IMG/VR virus record: IMGVR_UViG_3300030100_000622
DNA: 64,000 nucleotides
Strand: one strand, 5' to 3'
Source: an uncultured virus (IMG/VR IMGVR_UViG_3300030100_000622)
Lineage: Duplodnaviria; Heunggongvirae; Uroviricota; Caudoviricetes
Shown one piece after another: positions 50,251 to 60,981 of this stretch. Both the position numbers and the translations under genes were made by a program. Positions within the stretch are counted from its first letter, which is position 1, and each line of letters starts with the position of its first letter. Under the pieces are notes generated by a model. The model did not search any database. It was given only the letters and a program-made list of their open reading frames with translations, and was not told where the DNA came from.

Positions 50251-50972
50251 ACCGTCATAGCCACTATAAATTCTAATTGAAAACTTATTGCCATAGGTTC
50301 TTCAGCGTTAAAATCACAACTAAATGATTGAACAAATCCATTTAGCCCTGTATCAGTAGCACTATCTGGGAAATCTGATAAAGCAAGCGTAGCCCCTTGA
50401 TTATCCAAAGTATCGTTAAATCCTCTTGCGGCAAAAGTAAAAGGAATCAAACTTGTACTTCGGTCAGAATTACGGTATTGGTATCTGCTATCCACCTTTG
50501 AATCTATTAATATAATTAGTTGATTCATATTCTGCATTTGTTGTAATGCGGTTCCATCTGTATTTGAGTGAATTAATTGAGCAATTTCTTCTTTTGTCAT
50601 ATCAATAGTTATTGTGTTATTAACGATTGGAGGATTTAATTCTGTATCATCATTAAAAGAGGAATTAGAAGGATTGCTTTCTGATTTATCAAAATTCTTA
50701 GGATTCATGCTATCGAATCTTCTTATAATCGTAGTATCAGTAATAACACCTGTAACACTAACTTGTTTAGATGCCATACCCATATTAAAAGCCACTGTTC
50801 GAGATTCACCACTAAACATTCCAGAAAAAGGAACATCAAAAGAAGGAATTGTTTTTGTAGTGGAAATACTTACTGTTTCTGCTTTAAGCGGAATAGTATT
50901 CACTTGAACATCATCATTTTCAGATGCGCCAAGACGCAAAAATACATAGTGTGTGCCATCGGGAGAAGTCAT
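50247..50972 (-). CDS. distal tail-like protein
   Basis: position after tape measure; beta-rich. Confidence 0.5.
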   Translation of the reverse strand: MTSPDGTHYVFLRLGASENDDVQVNTIPLKAETVSISTTKTIPSFDVPFSGMFSGESRTVAFNMGMASKQVSVTGVITDTTIIRRFDSMNPKNFDKSESNPSNSSFNDDTELNPPIVNNTITIDMTKEEIAQLIHSNTDGTALQQMQNMNQLIILIDSKVDSRYQYRNSDRSTSLIPFTFAARGFNDTLDNQGATLALSDFPDSATDTGLNGFVQSFSCDFNAEEPMAISFQLEFIVAMTV

Positions 50973-50981
50973 TTAATCACC

Positions 50982-53219
50982 TTAACTATAACTTGAAGAA
51001 GTACCTCTATTTACTTCTCTATTAATCATCTTTCCAATTTGAGCAGCAATTCTTCTCATTTCTTTGTCGCTTGTGTCTTTCGCATTAATAGTGATATTGT
51101 AATTATTTACTGTTCCTCCACCTGCGGATTTAGCAATTCTTTTGCTATCTTCGTTATTATATACTCTTGTTCCTCTTGGTAAAGCCGCAATTTCTGGCCC
51201 TTTTTCTCCAACTATTTGTATTGGTTTATTTACTACTCCACCTGTTTGATAAAATCCTAATAATTTCCCAAGAGAATAAATCATTAGTCCAACAAGCAGT
51301 GCAGGGAATATTGACATTTGGAACCAGAATGTCGCTATGAAAAAGGCAACTGCGGCTAAAACTACTCCAACCTTTTTCTGCCATTTAATGCTGGTATTCA
51401 AAAAGAATTCTTTTCCTCGTTTGTATATTGCATATGCTAATTTACCAAGAGCCACCAAAGCAACAGGAATCATAACTCCAATAAAGCCAATTGCTGTTTG
51501 TAAAAGCCCCACTGATATTTTGATTATTGCACCCACGGCTTCGTCAAAAGTGCCTCCTTCAAACACTGCCGACCATAACGCTTGTGCGCCCTCCCAAACT
51601 TCATTTAATCCTTCATAAAAGAAGTCAAAGACAGGCATAAGAGTATCTCTCATTCCTTCAAAGGCTGACATAAAGGTTGGGCCAATTACTTTGATAATGG
51701 CAACAAGTCCTAACGCTAATACCATAAATCCAAATGTCATTTTTATTGCGAAACTCAAGAAGGTTTTTATCATTGACCCAACACCCAAAGTGAATTTTTG
51801 GACTTTCTTCATCCTTCGATAATATGGATGATTCGCAAGCATAGTTTCTTCTAACTCTTGTTTTGTATCAAGTGCGCCCTCTAATCCTTCGATTAATAGT
51901 TCTTCACTGAAAGTTTGTCCTTGGAAAACCGCTTCAGCAGGGCCACCCGCCGCTTTACTTGCTTCAGCCGCTTTTAATGCTTCAGCCATTTCTTTGACAT
52001 ATGCTTCTTGTCTTTTTGAGGCTTCGCTTAATTCTTTGAAACCTGCTCTGCTGGCTTTTGCGCCTTTACCAAACATAAAATTTTGACCTGTTGCTGCATA
52101 AGCCGAACCCGCTTGTAAAACTTGTCTGCCTCTTTCCTGTGTTTCTCTTGCTCTCTTTTTTCTTCCACCTGTTAGGAAATCACCTGCTTCCTGTACGCCA
52201 GCAAATCGAGCCGCAAAACTCCCTATTGTATCAACGCCTTCTGTAATGTCCTTTCCGGTTAATTGTTTTCCTGTATTTATCAAAACATCAAATACATTTC
52301 CTTTAGGCATAGGAATTCTTGTCGCTTTCATAATTGTACCAAAGAAGTTACCTACTAAAGAAGGATTCATAGCATCTTCTAATTCTTTTATTTGTTTAGT
52401 AAATGCTTCAACTTCTTTTGTACTGCCTTCTGCTTCTGCTACAATCATAGCCTTTTTTAGTTTCTTAATTTCTTCTTTTGCATTCTTTCCATCGTCACCC
52501 ATTTTTCTATAAGTGCCTCCAACGAACTGTAATACTGAAGAAAACTTATTCAAAACTCTAAAAGTTCCGGGTGGTGCAAAACCATACAATACTTTACGGG
52601 CTTTAGCAGCCTCCATTCCAAAAATAGTTAATTCTTCTCTTGATGAAGTTAAGAATTCAGCAAGATACTCCATCGAGTTTCCGCCTAATTCAGTATATTT
52701 AGAATACCCTTTCAGAAAACCTATGTTTTTTTCTCCATCTTTATTCATCTCTCTTGCAAGACTTTGCATTAGAGCAGTTCTCTTATTGAAATTATTGACT
52801 TTTTCACCAGCATTGTTTAGCATTTCGCCATATTCATTGACTTTTAATCCATTACGGACAAAGCCATCCCCTTTTTTATTTAACTGAATCCCTAATTCTT
52901 CTTGGGCTTTTGTTAGAGTTAGGACTGTTGAAGCCGAACTCGCTATTGATTTACTATAACTTGCCTGTACTTGAGCAGTTTGTTGAACGGCTGGTGTCAT
53001 TTTCTGAAGATTATAGATTAATCCATTAAACATTTGAGTTTGGTTTTGGATTTCTTTAGTTAAGTTGGGAAATGTGCTTCTCAACATATAGTCCATTTGC
53101 TTAGACATTAATTGTGAAGAATCTTTCACCTTTCCCATGTCATCTTCGACTTGCATTAAAGCACCGGACATTAAACTCATGTCATTTGCCATTTGCTTAA
53201 TGTCTGCCAAAATCGTCAC
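50982..53219 (-). CDS. tail tape measure protein
   Basis: helical with hydrophobic segments, GGVV..VGEKGPE motif, follows chaperone pair. Confidence 0.85.
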   Translation of the reverse strand: MTILADIKQMANDMSLMSGALMQVEDDMGKVKDSSQLMSKQMDYMLRSTFPNLTKEIQNQTQMFNGLIYNLQKMTPAVQQTAQVQASYSKSIASSASTVLTLTKAQEELGIQLNKKGDGFVRNGLKVNEYGEMLNNAGEKVNNFNKRTALMQSLAREMNKDGEKNIGFLKGYSKYTELGGNSMEYLAEFLTSSREELTIFGMEAAKARKVLYGFAPPGTFRVLNKFSSVLQFVGGTYRKMGDDGKNAKEEIKKLKKAMIVAEAEGSTKEVEAFTKQIKELEDAMNPSLVGNFFGTIMKATRIPMPKGNVFDVLINTGKQLTGKDITEGVDTIGSFAARFAGVQEAGDFLTGGRKKRARETQERGRQVLQAGSAYAATGQNFMFGKGAKASRAGFKELSEASKRQEAYVKEMAEALKAAEASKAAGGPAEAVFQGQTFSEELLIEGLEGALDTKQELEETMLANHPYYRRMKKVQKFTLGVGSMIKTFLSFAIKMTFGFMVLALGLVAIIKVIGPTFMSAFEGMRDTLMPVFDFFYEGLNEVWEGAQALWSAVFEGGTFDEAVGAIIKISVGLLQTAIGFIGVMIPVALVALGKLAYAIYKRGKEFFLNTSIKWQKKVGVVLAAVAFFIATFWFQMSIFPALLVGLMIYSLGKLLGFYQTGGVVNKPIQIVGEKGPEIAALPRGTRVYNNEDSKRIAKSAGGGTVNNYNITINAKDTSDKEMRRIAAQIGKMINREVNRGTSSSYS

Positions 53220-53428
53220 CTAACCTTGCCTTTCTTCATGGCTTTATCAATCTCTTCAGATTCTAATTCTTTTATTAATTTATGGACTTGTAACAAATCC
53301 ATAACTAAACTCGCTGGCATTTTATACACCTCCAAAGGACTTATCGCTAATGCCTTTGAGAGAGAATAAACTACGATTAGAGAAGCGTCTTTATGAGAGG
53401 CTTTGCCTCCCGTTAAAGCCCTTCTCAA
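53216..53428 (-). CDS. tail assembly chaperone GT part (-1 frameshift product)
   Basis: in -1 frame from slippery site; SPLEVYKMP pattern. Confidence 0.75.
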   Translation of the reverse strand: MRRALTGGKASHKDASLIVVYSLSKALAISPLEVYKMPASLVMDLLQVHKLIKELESEEIDKAMKKGKVR

Positions 53429-53799
53429 ATCTCGTTTTTTGAATCATCCTCCGAAAATGAATCAAAAGGATTTGGTAAAATGTCTTTTAGTTGATTGCCT
53501 ACATATGGAGTCAATCTGAGAATATCCACTGTTGATAATGATGGTTCAGTTTTTACAATAAAATTCTCAACCATATACCTAAACATAGCATTCATGTCAA
53601 TATCCATGTTCTGTGTTTTGACATCTAACTTCATCATGCTATTCATGGCTTTATCAACTTCAAGCCATGTAGGTTCTTTAGTCCAAACCTTTAGGTATTC
53701 TTCTTTATCTTCTGCCACTTTAACATAATGTAAAGTGGGTTCTGTTAGCGCAAATAGTACGCTCTTGTCACTTATTATTTTCTTTTCCATGTTATCCAC
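53425..53799 (-). CDS. tail assembly chaperone G
   Basis: between tail tube and tape measure; ends just after slippery heptamer. Confidence 0.75.
   Translation of the reverse strand: MDNMEKKIISDKSVLFALTEPTLHYVKVAEDKEEYLKVWTKEPTWLEVDKAMNSMMKLDVKTQNMDIDMNAMFRYMVENFIVKTEPSLSTVDILRLTPYVGNQLKDILPNPFDSFSEDDSKNEI
53434..53440 (-). other. -1 programmed frameshift site A AAA AAC
   Basis: TCA AAA AAC GAG ATT TGA; -1 frame reads AAA CGA GAT TTG AGA AGG into next ORF. Confidence 0.8.
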
Positions 53800-53972
53800 C
53801 TTCTATACCAACAAACAAACTAACGGTGTTGGTGGAATATAATGTCTATTCAGTCTGCGTTTCTTTGACTTCTTCGACAACTGCCTTTTTAGCAGGTTTT
53901 TTCTTTTTTTCTCTTTCTAATCTTCGGACTTCAGCCAATTCTGCTCTCATCTGTTCTTTCGTTGGCATTTAA

Positions 53973-55580
53973 TCACCCCATCAGAATGTTATCTGTTTTG
54001 ACAACACATGAATGCAAATCTCTTGGTTTAATAGTTGAACTAAAACTAATTGGGCCTTTATCATCAGGAATAGTAATTTCCGTAGTATCTAAGAAATAAT
54101 TCTTAAATTTCAAAGTGATTTCTTCATTTGTTCCACCCTTTGTGAAAACAAATTCAACCATTTGTCCATCAGTAGTGCTAACATTTTCTGTTTCATTTAG
54201 CATGTCTTTGAATATTTGGTCATCTGTAACTACTGCTTCAAAGGTAATAGTGTAGGTTCTTTGTGCAGGGATTCCTTCTTTCATATCACGATGTCCTCCC
54301 ATGTATCTCTTATCCATTAGATTGTTATTGATTTCAATACTAACTGAATTGACCTTCAGATATTCTTCACCAAATGCTTTGAATGTTCCTTCAGAAAAGA
54401 AGAAAGGTGCGGCATAATTAGTACCAGCATTCCAATTAAATAGGTTCTCATTTGCAGTTACCCCTGCTCTTGCGACATAATTTGTTACAAGACTTCCATC
54501 ACGGTAAATATCTGTAATGCTATCAACAAGTCGAGCATTAATATCCATGTTCATTTTTAATTCTTCACCTTCTGATGCTTCAAGCGTTAGAGAATTGATT
54601 CGGCAACCTCTCGCAATACGAGTAAAAGTCTGACTTTCATCAACAGTTCCAGCAAAACCTCCGCTACCGTCATCGTTTCCATCAGTAGTTAAAGTAGCAG
54701 GGTCTTTTGCCATTGATTGCTCTAAACTAAATGAAGGCAATTGGTCTGTGTTTAGTTCTGCAATTGTATATGTGATTAAGTCTGATGGGCGACCATCTGA
54801 ATCAGTTGGTATTTTTCTAAAACTTGTACCAGCATAGGTTTTGAAATCAAATGGAGGAACAATTTGTGTTCCATCTTTTACTGTTCTATAAAACAGGGGG
54901 CCGGTTGAAGAAACATTTGCGGTAGTGTCGTTTGTTGCTTTAATGACAATATCATTATTTGCCGCCGCATCAGCATCAACATCACTTCCTGTAATTGTTA
55001 AAGTTGTAGCCGCCGCACCAACAAAGTTAATTGCTGAAACAGAACCAAAGGCATAATACAGCCATGAACCCGTATTTGCGACTAATGCAAGTGAGCCGTT
55101 ATCAGCCGTTCTGATTCCTTTGTATTGAAATGTAAAGTTTCTTGAGCCACCAAGACCAAGATTCATTTGTTTCAATTCTTGACTTAGATTAGGGAATGTT
55201 ACTGATTCCATAATTCCCAACCAATTATCAGCAACTAAACATTCATCAGTGGAAACAAGAGGATGAGGGGCAGGTGCGCCATATGCTCTTAGCATAGCAT
55301 ATTTGACTGTTCCATTAGTAGCGGGAGTTGAGCCTAAAGTAAATGCTGTTTTAGTATTAGCAGTAACAGAGTGACTTGAAACTAAACCATCTGCATCATT
55401 GTAAATGTCAATTGTGCAACCAACATAAATATTCGGTACTAACTTGTAAATGTTAGTAAATGCGGCTTCGGGAGTTAAAGTCGTTGTTGTTCCCGAACCT
55501 GTGCAGGGCAGATATATGTCCTGTTCGGGTATTAATGTTGTACTTGCGCCGCTTCCTAAAAATATGTTATTATTTACCAT
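53973..55580 (-). CDS. major tail tube protein
   Basis: LPSFSLE, GCRINSLTL, S.EINNNL, siphovirus synteny. Confidence 0.75.
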   Translation of the reverse strand: MVNNNIFLGSGASTTLIPEQDIYLPCTGSGTTTTLTPEAAFTNIYKLVPNIYVGCTIDIYNDADGLVSSHSVTANTKTAFTLGSTPATNGTVKYAMLRAYGAPAPHPLVSTDECLVADNWLGIMESVTFPNLSQELKQMNLGLGGSRNFTFQYKGIRTADNGSLALVANTGSWLYYAFGSVSAINFVGAAATTLTITGSDVDADAAANNDIVIKATNDTTANVSSTGPLFYRTVKDGTQIVPPFDFKTYAGTSFRKIPTDSDGRPSDLITYTIAELNTDQLPSFSLEQSMAKDPATLTTDGNDDGSGGFAGTVDESQTFTRIARGCRINSLTLEASEGEELKMNMDINARLVDSITDIYRDGSLVTNYVARAGVTANENLFNWNAGTNYAAPFFFSEGTFKAFGEEYLKVNSVSIEINNNLMDKRYMGGHRDMKEGIPAQRTYTITFEAVVTDDQIFKDMLNETENVSTTDGQMVEFVFTKGGTNEEITLKFKNYFLDTTEITIPDDKGPISFSSTIKPRDLHSCVVKTDNILMG

Positions 55581-55609
55581 GCTACTCTCTCCTTTCCTTT
55601 ACTAACTTA

Positions 55610-56122
55610 CTAAGGGAGTGATAATGCGAATCTTTTTGCTTCTGTTGTGACTTTATATCCGAATAAACGCTTGGCTCTGTCATTACTTTCTGTTCTATTT
55701 CCTAAAAATAATTGGTCGAATTTAGAACCATCACTTGCAGTGTAGCCATTACGCTTGCTCTCAATTACCCGACGAAGTATTAGGTATATAGCCCTTAGCC
55801 TATCTTTGCCATATGAAGCGTCAATTCCGCCCCTTTCATCGTGCAATACTCGGATATGGGTAGTGAATGTATATGTTTCATTTCTGATGTCATACATGGC
55901 AGTTGGGTATTCAACATTTTGTCCATCCTCAAAAACAATAATAGTGGTTGGTGAACGACTTAAATCCACTCTAACACCTTTATGTTTTGTAGTATTTCTA
56001 ACATCGAGAAATTCGGGAGTAACTGCATGAGAAGCAGAAATTGTACCTGCACTAACTAATGCAGTGGCATTAGCAGACCAATTGTTTGATAGTAAATCTA
56101 TGAAAAGACTGACTTCATCCAT
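55610..56122 (-). CDS. tail terminator-like protein
   Basis: size and position upstream of tail tube. Confidence 0.5.
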   Translation of the reverse strand: MDEVSLFIDLLSNNWSANATALVSAGTISASHAVTPEFLDVRNTTKHKGVRVDLSRSPTTIIVFEDGQNVEYPTAMYDIRNETYTFTTHIRVLHDERGGIDASYGKDRLRAIYLILRRVIESKRNGYTASDGSKFDQLFLGNRTESNDRAKRLFGYKVTTEAKRFALSLP

Positions 56123-56322
56123 GCTGATACCTCCTGTGTTACTTCTTTTTGAATATATTTGGCATATTCTTCTTCAGCAAATTGCATGACTTCATCATCA
56201 CTAAAAGATATATCATATCCTAACTCTTCTGATAACTCTTGTAAAATCAATTGTCTTTCTTTTTGAATGTTAAGAAACTCTCTAAATTTTTGTAAATCAA
56301 CTTTTATTGCCATGCTTATCAA
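56098..56322 (-). CDS. hypothetical virion-cluster protein
   Basis: 74-aa ORF in operon. Confidence 0.55.
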   Translation of the reverse strand: MISMAIKVDLQKFREFLNIQKERQLILQELSEELGYDISFSDDEVMQFAEEEYAKYIQKEVTQEVSAWMKSVFS

Positions 56323-57626
56323 TCCAAAAAGTACACAATATCTCCTTTGCTCTTTAGTATATCCATTCCTTCTTTTCGCAGAATATCGTACTTTTCCTTT
56401 GTGCTAATATTGCCACCTGTTTCTGCAATTAGAACGCTTTGGTCGTCATGTCTTAGTATTTCAGCCGCCACCAATTTTGTTGCGGCTTCATGGATAGCAG
56501 AAGGTACTCGACCATCACCTGCTAAATAAGTTACAATTACTGAATTCTTTGTATGGTATGGATAATCTCTCAAAAAGAATATTCTGCCTTCTTCTTTAAT
56601 AGTCCAATAAGAACCCAATCTTCTCAAATCTTCTTTATCAGTAAAGTTAGTCAAAGTACAAACAGTAGGAATAGTATCGCTTGTAGTGAATGTTAAATCA
56701 TTACTACCGGAACCTGTTGCGGCGGCACTTAATTCAATAGTAGTCGCATTAGTAATAGAAGCAATAGTAACTGTGCCACTAATACCTGTTCCTGTAACTG
56801 TCATACCTACGGCTAATTTAGAAGAATCAGCCACGGTTACGGTAGCATCAGTATTTACTGTCGTACATGCTTGTTTTATTGTTGCTTTTAGCACACAATC
56901 GGCCCCATCATCACCGGAAAGCAAGGATGAAATAAGTACCTGCTTGCCATTTGCTCGGTCTTTTGCAGCATAAAAAAAGTCTGATATTGAAAGACTTGAT
57001 GAAGTTAGTGACTTAGCCGCAGTAGCCCCTGTAAAAGAAGAAGTGCTTGATGGAAATTGTTCATTAATTAAGGAAACTAAATCGTTATTTGTTGTCTTAA
57101 TTCCAAAGGTTGTGCAAAACTCATCATTACCTAAACTGCTAACAGTATTTTCTGCAATCATTTCAAATGCTACTCCACTGTTAGGTAATTCCAAAATAAT
57201 AGAATGAATATCTCGATAGTTTTCTTGTAGCAAAACCTTGGCTTGAGCAGAAGCCAATTCTTCATATTCGCTACCTTGCCAAACTTGCAACGATACGACT
57301 TTACGAAGTTTCATTTTTGCTAATTGGACAAACCCTACATATCCGCCATAATAGGAGTGCATTGGTAATGTCTTGAATTGAAAATCGTGAAATTCATTTG
57401 TTGTAATAATTGGTCTAAAAGAACGCTTCACTTTATCATCAATTATTCCTTCAACTCTTTTGATAATTGCACCGACTTGTGCTAAAGTCGGATAAGTGGT
57501 GCTGGCAGTAAAAGCAGGAACCTGTAATAGATTAGCCACTTCTGTTGCATCAGTATAAAATCCTCGACCATCAGTGTAACTTGGATTAATTGAAGTATAA
57601 TCGCTTGGCGATATGGTGGTTCCCAT
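56319..57626 (-). CDS. head-tail adaptor-like protein with beta-rich insertion
   Basis: Y....EV..LL N-terminus; V.VTY.AG...VP..I..A C-terminus. Confidence 0.6.
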   Translation of the reverse strand: MGTTISPSDYTSINPSYTDGRGFYTDATEVANLLQVPAFTASTTYPTLAQVGAIIKRVEGIIDDKVKRSFRPIITTNEFHDFQFKTLPMHSYYGGYVGFVQLAKMKLRKVVSLQVWQGSEYEELASAQAKVLLQENYRDIHSIILELPNSGVAFEMIAENTVSSLGNDEFCTTFGIKTTNNDLVSLINEQFPSSTSSFTGATAAKSLTSSSLSISDFFYAAKDRANGKQVLISSLLSGDDGADCVLKATIKQACTTVNTDATVTVADSSKLAVGMTVTGTGISGTVTIASITNATTIELSAAATGSGSNDLTFTTSDTIPTVCTLTNFTDKEDLRRLGSYWTIKEEGRIFFLRDYPYHTKNSVIVTYLAGDGRVPSAIHEAATKLVAAEILRHDDQSVLIAETGGNISTKEKYDILRKEGMDILKSKGDIVYFLD

Positions 57627-57627
57627 C

Positions 57628-59676
57628 TTAATCCAACTCCTGCATTAGCGTTCTTATTTTATATTTTAATGTGTCAATATCATCCATTAGTTCTTTGTTG
57701 CCCGTTTGAGTTTGTTTTGAATAAGGAATTACAAAATAAGTAACAAGAGAACATTCAACTTTAATTGTTGCTTTTGATAATTTGTCATTAGGGTCACTAA
57801 CATCTAATTGCCCTGTTCTAAACTTCATTACTCCTGACTCATATATGTCAGCAAAACCCTCTTCATTTACAAGTAAAATTTTGTTATCTTGTTCAAATTG
57901 TCTTAGGTCTTCCATATGTTCTGTAAAGTCAAATTTAACATATTTAATAGTCCAAAACTTTTCTCTTTCTTCGGGACTTAACTCATTATATTGTTTTTGA
58001 CTAATAACTACTTGCTCATATTTTTCTTTGTCATCTTCTTTATGAGAAATATATTTGCCATCTTCTTGAGGCTTTTCTATTTTTTTACCTTTTTTATCCT
58101 GTAAAGCATACCAGACTCCTATATTGAATTCTTCAAAATCTTTGCCTTCAATTTCTTTACCATATTCATCTGCTACCATTTGAGTTAATTTTTTAGTTTT
58201 TCCAGATGCGGTAGTAACAGTAGCGGCGGCTCTTATTCCTTTGACTTCATTTTTAGGTCTTAATTGCGACCATGTTTTAGCCGCTTTTTCAATTTCTTGA
58301 GTGATAGCATTCTCTAATGTATCCCATAAAGAATCAACATTTAATTCAATTTTAATAGGGTCATTTACACTACCTCGAATTTCCCATGTTACAGGATATT
58401 TGCTTTCCTGCCATTTATCTTGACTATACATCATAGGAATAGTAGCCTTGCCATCTTGTGCATTTTCCGCCCAAATTTCTTGTATCTCGGCTGTTAATGG
58501 TGCGGCTAATGTTCTTGGAACAATCATATTCTTTTCTTTATATTGTCCAAGAGTTAGCATTTTATCTTCATCACCTTCAACTTGTAGTTTTGAATTAATT
58601 TGAGAAATACTCTTTCCTTGTTTCTCCGCTTCTTTAGCCGCTTTAGCATATTCTTTTTTGTATTCTTTATATTGTTCAATGACTCTTCTCAATGCTTCTT
58701 TTTCACCAATATTAACTTGACCTGCTGCTTCTCCTGCAAAACGACCTTCTTCTTCAAGCATATACAATTTAGTGGTAAGGAATTGTTTGTCACCAAACTC
58801 GTTAATGAAGTCTTGAGGCAAACTAAAATCAAAACTAAAATCCAAAGTTTCAATATTGTCTTTTTTGTATGATTTTGTTGTTTCAAGAGTTTCCCCTAAT
58901 TCTGCACTTAATTCTTCTCTTCTGTCAGCCGCTAAATTAGTAACTGCTTTTTCTAAATCTGATTCACCTAAAGATGGCCATTCTAATAACATATGGCATG
59001 TATATGCTTTCAAATCCTTATCTGTATTATTAGCAGTACCATAAGTCATTTTTCCTGTTGGTATTCCTGTTTTTGGATTTACCATTTCTTTGAAAATCAT
59101 TTGTTCTTTTGCAATAGGATTACCCAAAAAGTATTCTTCAATATCATCATCACTTAATTCAGGAGGTTTTTCTTCGGTTTCTCTAAGAAATTGTAATCCC
59201 GATAATCTTCGAGTTACTGCGGTGTTAAGAATGTCTTTGAGTTTTTTATCTGAAATGTATTCTATATTTTTTTTATTAGGAATAATCGTTTGGCCTCCAC
59301 CAACAACAACCTTATCTTTGCGTCTTTTATCTCCTTCTGTTCTTCTAATTTTTGTAGTTTCTAATTTACCTGTTTTCAACCTTGGCCTTTCAACAAACTT
59401 TTTCCATCCGTCTGAATCCTTCAGCCAATTTTCTAAAGGTTCTTCTAAAACAACATCAACAATTTTAGTTTTAACCCAATTTACAAATATTTTTTCATCT
59501 TCTGGATTTTCAGTATCTTCTAATATATCAACTGTGTCCATAAAATTGTTGTAAAACTTTCTATTTCTTTCTTCTTTCAAATAAGTTCTAAATTCCGCTA
59601 AAAGATTACTTACTGATGTATCATCCTCGGTATCTTGAGTATAACCATCCCAATCAAAAGATACCATATTATTCAC
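57628..59676 (-). CDS. hypothetical charged protein
   Basis: 682-aa ORF, GAGGTGA SD. Confidence 0.7.
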   Translation of the reverse strand: MNNMVSFDWDGYTQDTEDDTSVSNLLAEFRTYLKEERNRKFYNNFMDTVDILEDTENPEDEKIFVNWVKTKIVDVVLEEPLENWLKDSDGWKKFVERPRLKTGKLETTKIRRTEGDKRRKDKVVVGGGQTIIPNKKNIEYISDKKLKDILNTAVTRRLSGLQFLRETEEKPPELSDDDIEEYFLGNPIAKEQMIFKEMVNPKTGIPTGKMTYGTANNTDKDLKAYTCHMLLEWPSLGESDLEKAVTNLAADRREELSAELGETLETTKSYKKDNIETLDFSFDFSLPQDFINEFGDKQFLTTKLYMLEEEGRFAGEAAGQVNIGEKEALRRVIEQYKEYKKEYAKAAKEAEKQGKSISQINSKLQVEGDEDKMLTLGQYKEKNMIVPRTLAAPLTAEIQEIWAENAQDGKATIPMMYSQDKWQESKYPVTWEIRGSVNDPIKIELNVDSLWDTLENAITQEIEKAAKTWSQLRPKNEVKGIRAAATVTTASGKTKKLTQMVADEYGKEIEGKDFEEFNIGVWYALQDKKGKKIEKPQEDGKYISHKEDDKEKYEQVVISQKQYNELSPEEREKFWTIKYVKFDFTEHMEDLRQFEQDNKILLVNEEGFADIYESGVMKFRTGQLDVSDPNDKLSKATIKVECSLVTYFVIPYSKQTQTGNKELMDDIDTLKYKIRTLMQELD

Positions 59677-59677
59677 C

Positions 59678-60316
59678 TCACATTAACCATTTAGCCCAAG
59701 CCGCACCTTTTTGAATTGCTGAACCTAATCCTAAACCTGCTTTTGGTGGCTCATATGACATTTGACCGTTAGCATCAATCCAATAAGGTCTGCCATATCC
59801 GTCTGTTCCATTTGGAGGAACAGGATAACCTGTACCATTATTCACTGCACCTTGCATTTGTTGGTATTGTTGCATATTGCCTGTTACTCCTGCAATAGCC
59901 GCACCTGCACTTGGCCCACCGCCAAATCCTTGAGATTCAAGATATTGTTGCTTAGCCATTTTTCTTTGATTAACTACTTCAGTATTAATTGCAGAGTTTA
60001 ACAATTTTTGAATATCTAAATCAATATTTGCTTGTGTTATTTTTTCAAACTCTCTCGAAGCATCAGCATCCACCGAGATTGTGCTACCTGTCATATTGAA
60101 TTTTAGTTGATTTAATAATTTGCTGACTGTTCTCTCAACAACATCTTCCATCAATTGCTCAAGAGCAACCAAGAACATTTCTCCATGATATTGAAAAAAC
60201 TCTTCGACATGGTTATCTTGCAAAGATAGCAAGTTATTCATTGACTTAAATTGCTGGTCGCCTTGTGCCTGTACTGCACCTAATACTGTTCCGTTGCTTG
60301 TCCCTAATATTCCCAT
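59678..60316 (-). CDS. helical protein with Q/G-rich linker and C-terminal amphipathic helix
   Basis: ends LGLGSAIQKGAAWAKWLM; GGAGG SD. Confidence 0.7.
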   Translation of the reverse strand: MGILGTSNGTVLGAVQAQGDQQFKSMNNLLSLQDNHVEEFFQYHGEMFLVALEQLMEDVVERTVSKLLNQLKFNMTGSTISVDADASREFEKITQANIDLDIQKLLNSAINTEVVNQRKMAKQQYLESQGFGGGPSAGAAIAGVTGNMQQYQQMQGAVNNGTGYPVPPNGTDGYGRPYWIDANGQMSYEPPKAGLGLGSAIQKGAAWAKWLM

Positions 60317-60318
60317 AC

Positions 60319-60981
60319 CTATTCCTCCTTAGTTTCTTTTTTATCATTTTGAGGCTTAACTCCTTCTTTAATCATTAAATAATTAAGTCTATCAGTTAGA
60401 ATATTTATTTCCCCAACAATCTCTATCGCTTCGTTGGTTGCACTCCTATTATCTCCTAATGTCGGTGGCTTTATTAAATAACCGCTTGCAGTCAAAGATA
60501 TAATATCCTCTTTACTCAAATGGGTTACAGGGCCACTTTTCAATATCTTAGGCATTTTTGGTTTGAAGGCCGCAAAGTCAAGTCCATGTTTATCAGCGAG
60601 TATTGTTTGTTGTAGCATTTCTAACTGCGTGAACATAGACGCATGTTTAGGGCAATATGTACCTGCTAATGGTCGCCCTTTTACTACTCCATCTAAAGGA
60701 ATAGGAGGCCGCATATAGTCGCCAGCCTCCCAAATATGATGAAAACCGCAAACTACACATCTATCTTTTAGATTGAATTTTTTCCCGTATTTTAAAAACA
60801 ACAATTTCTTAGGTTCGGGCTTTAATACCTTAATCAATTCATTCAGTTGTTTTTTTGGTTTATGTGCAATAAACTTGTATTCAGTTACTATTCCACTTGC
60901 TCTTGCCGCTTTCAACGGAGTCATAAAAGCCGTTGGTAGCGAATTTTGTCCTATTAGTTGGTTGTTATACATAATAATCAA
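60319..60981 (-). CDS. Zn-binding protein downstream of GTPase
   Basis: CVVCG...YCPKH. Confidence 0.7.
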   Translation of the reverse strand: MIIMYNNQLIGQNSLPTAFMTPLKAARASGIVTEYKFIAHKPKKQLNELIKVLKPEPKKLLFLKYGKKFNLKDRCVVCGFHHIWEAGDYMRPPIPLDGVVKGRPLAGTYCPKHASMFTQLEMLQQTILADKHGLDFAAFKPKMPKILKSGPVTHLSKEDIISLTASGYLIKPPTLGDNRSATNEAIEIVGEINILTDRLNYLMIKEGVKPQNDKKETKEE

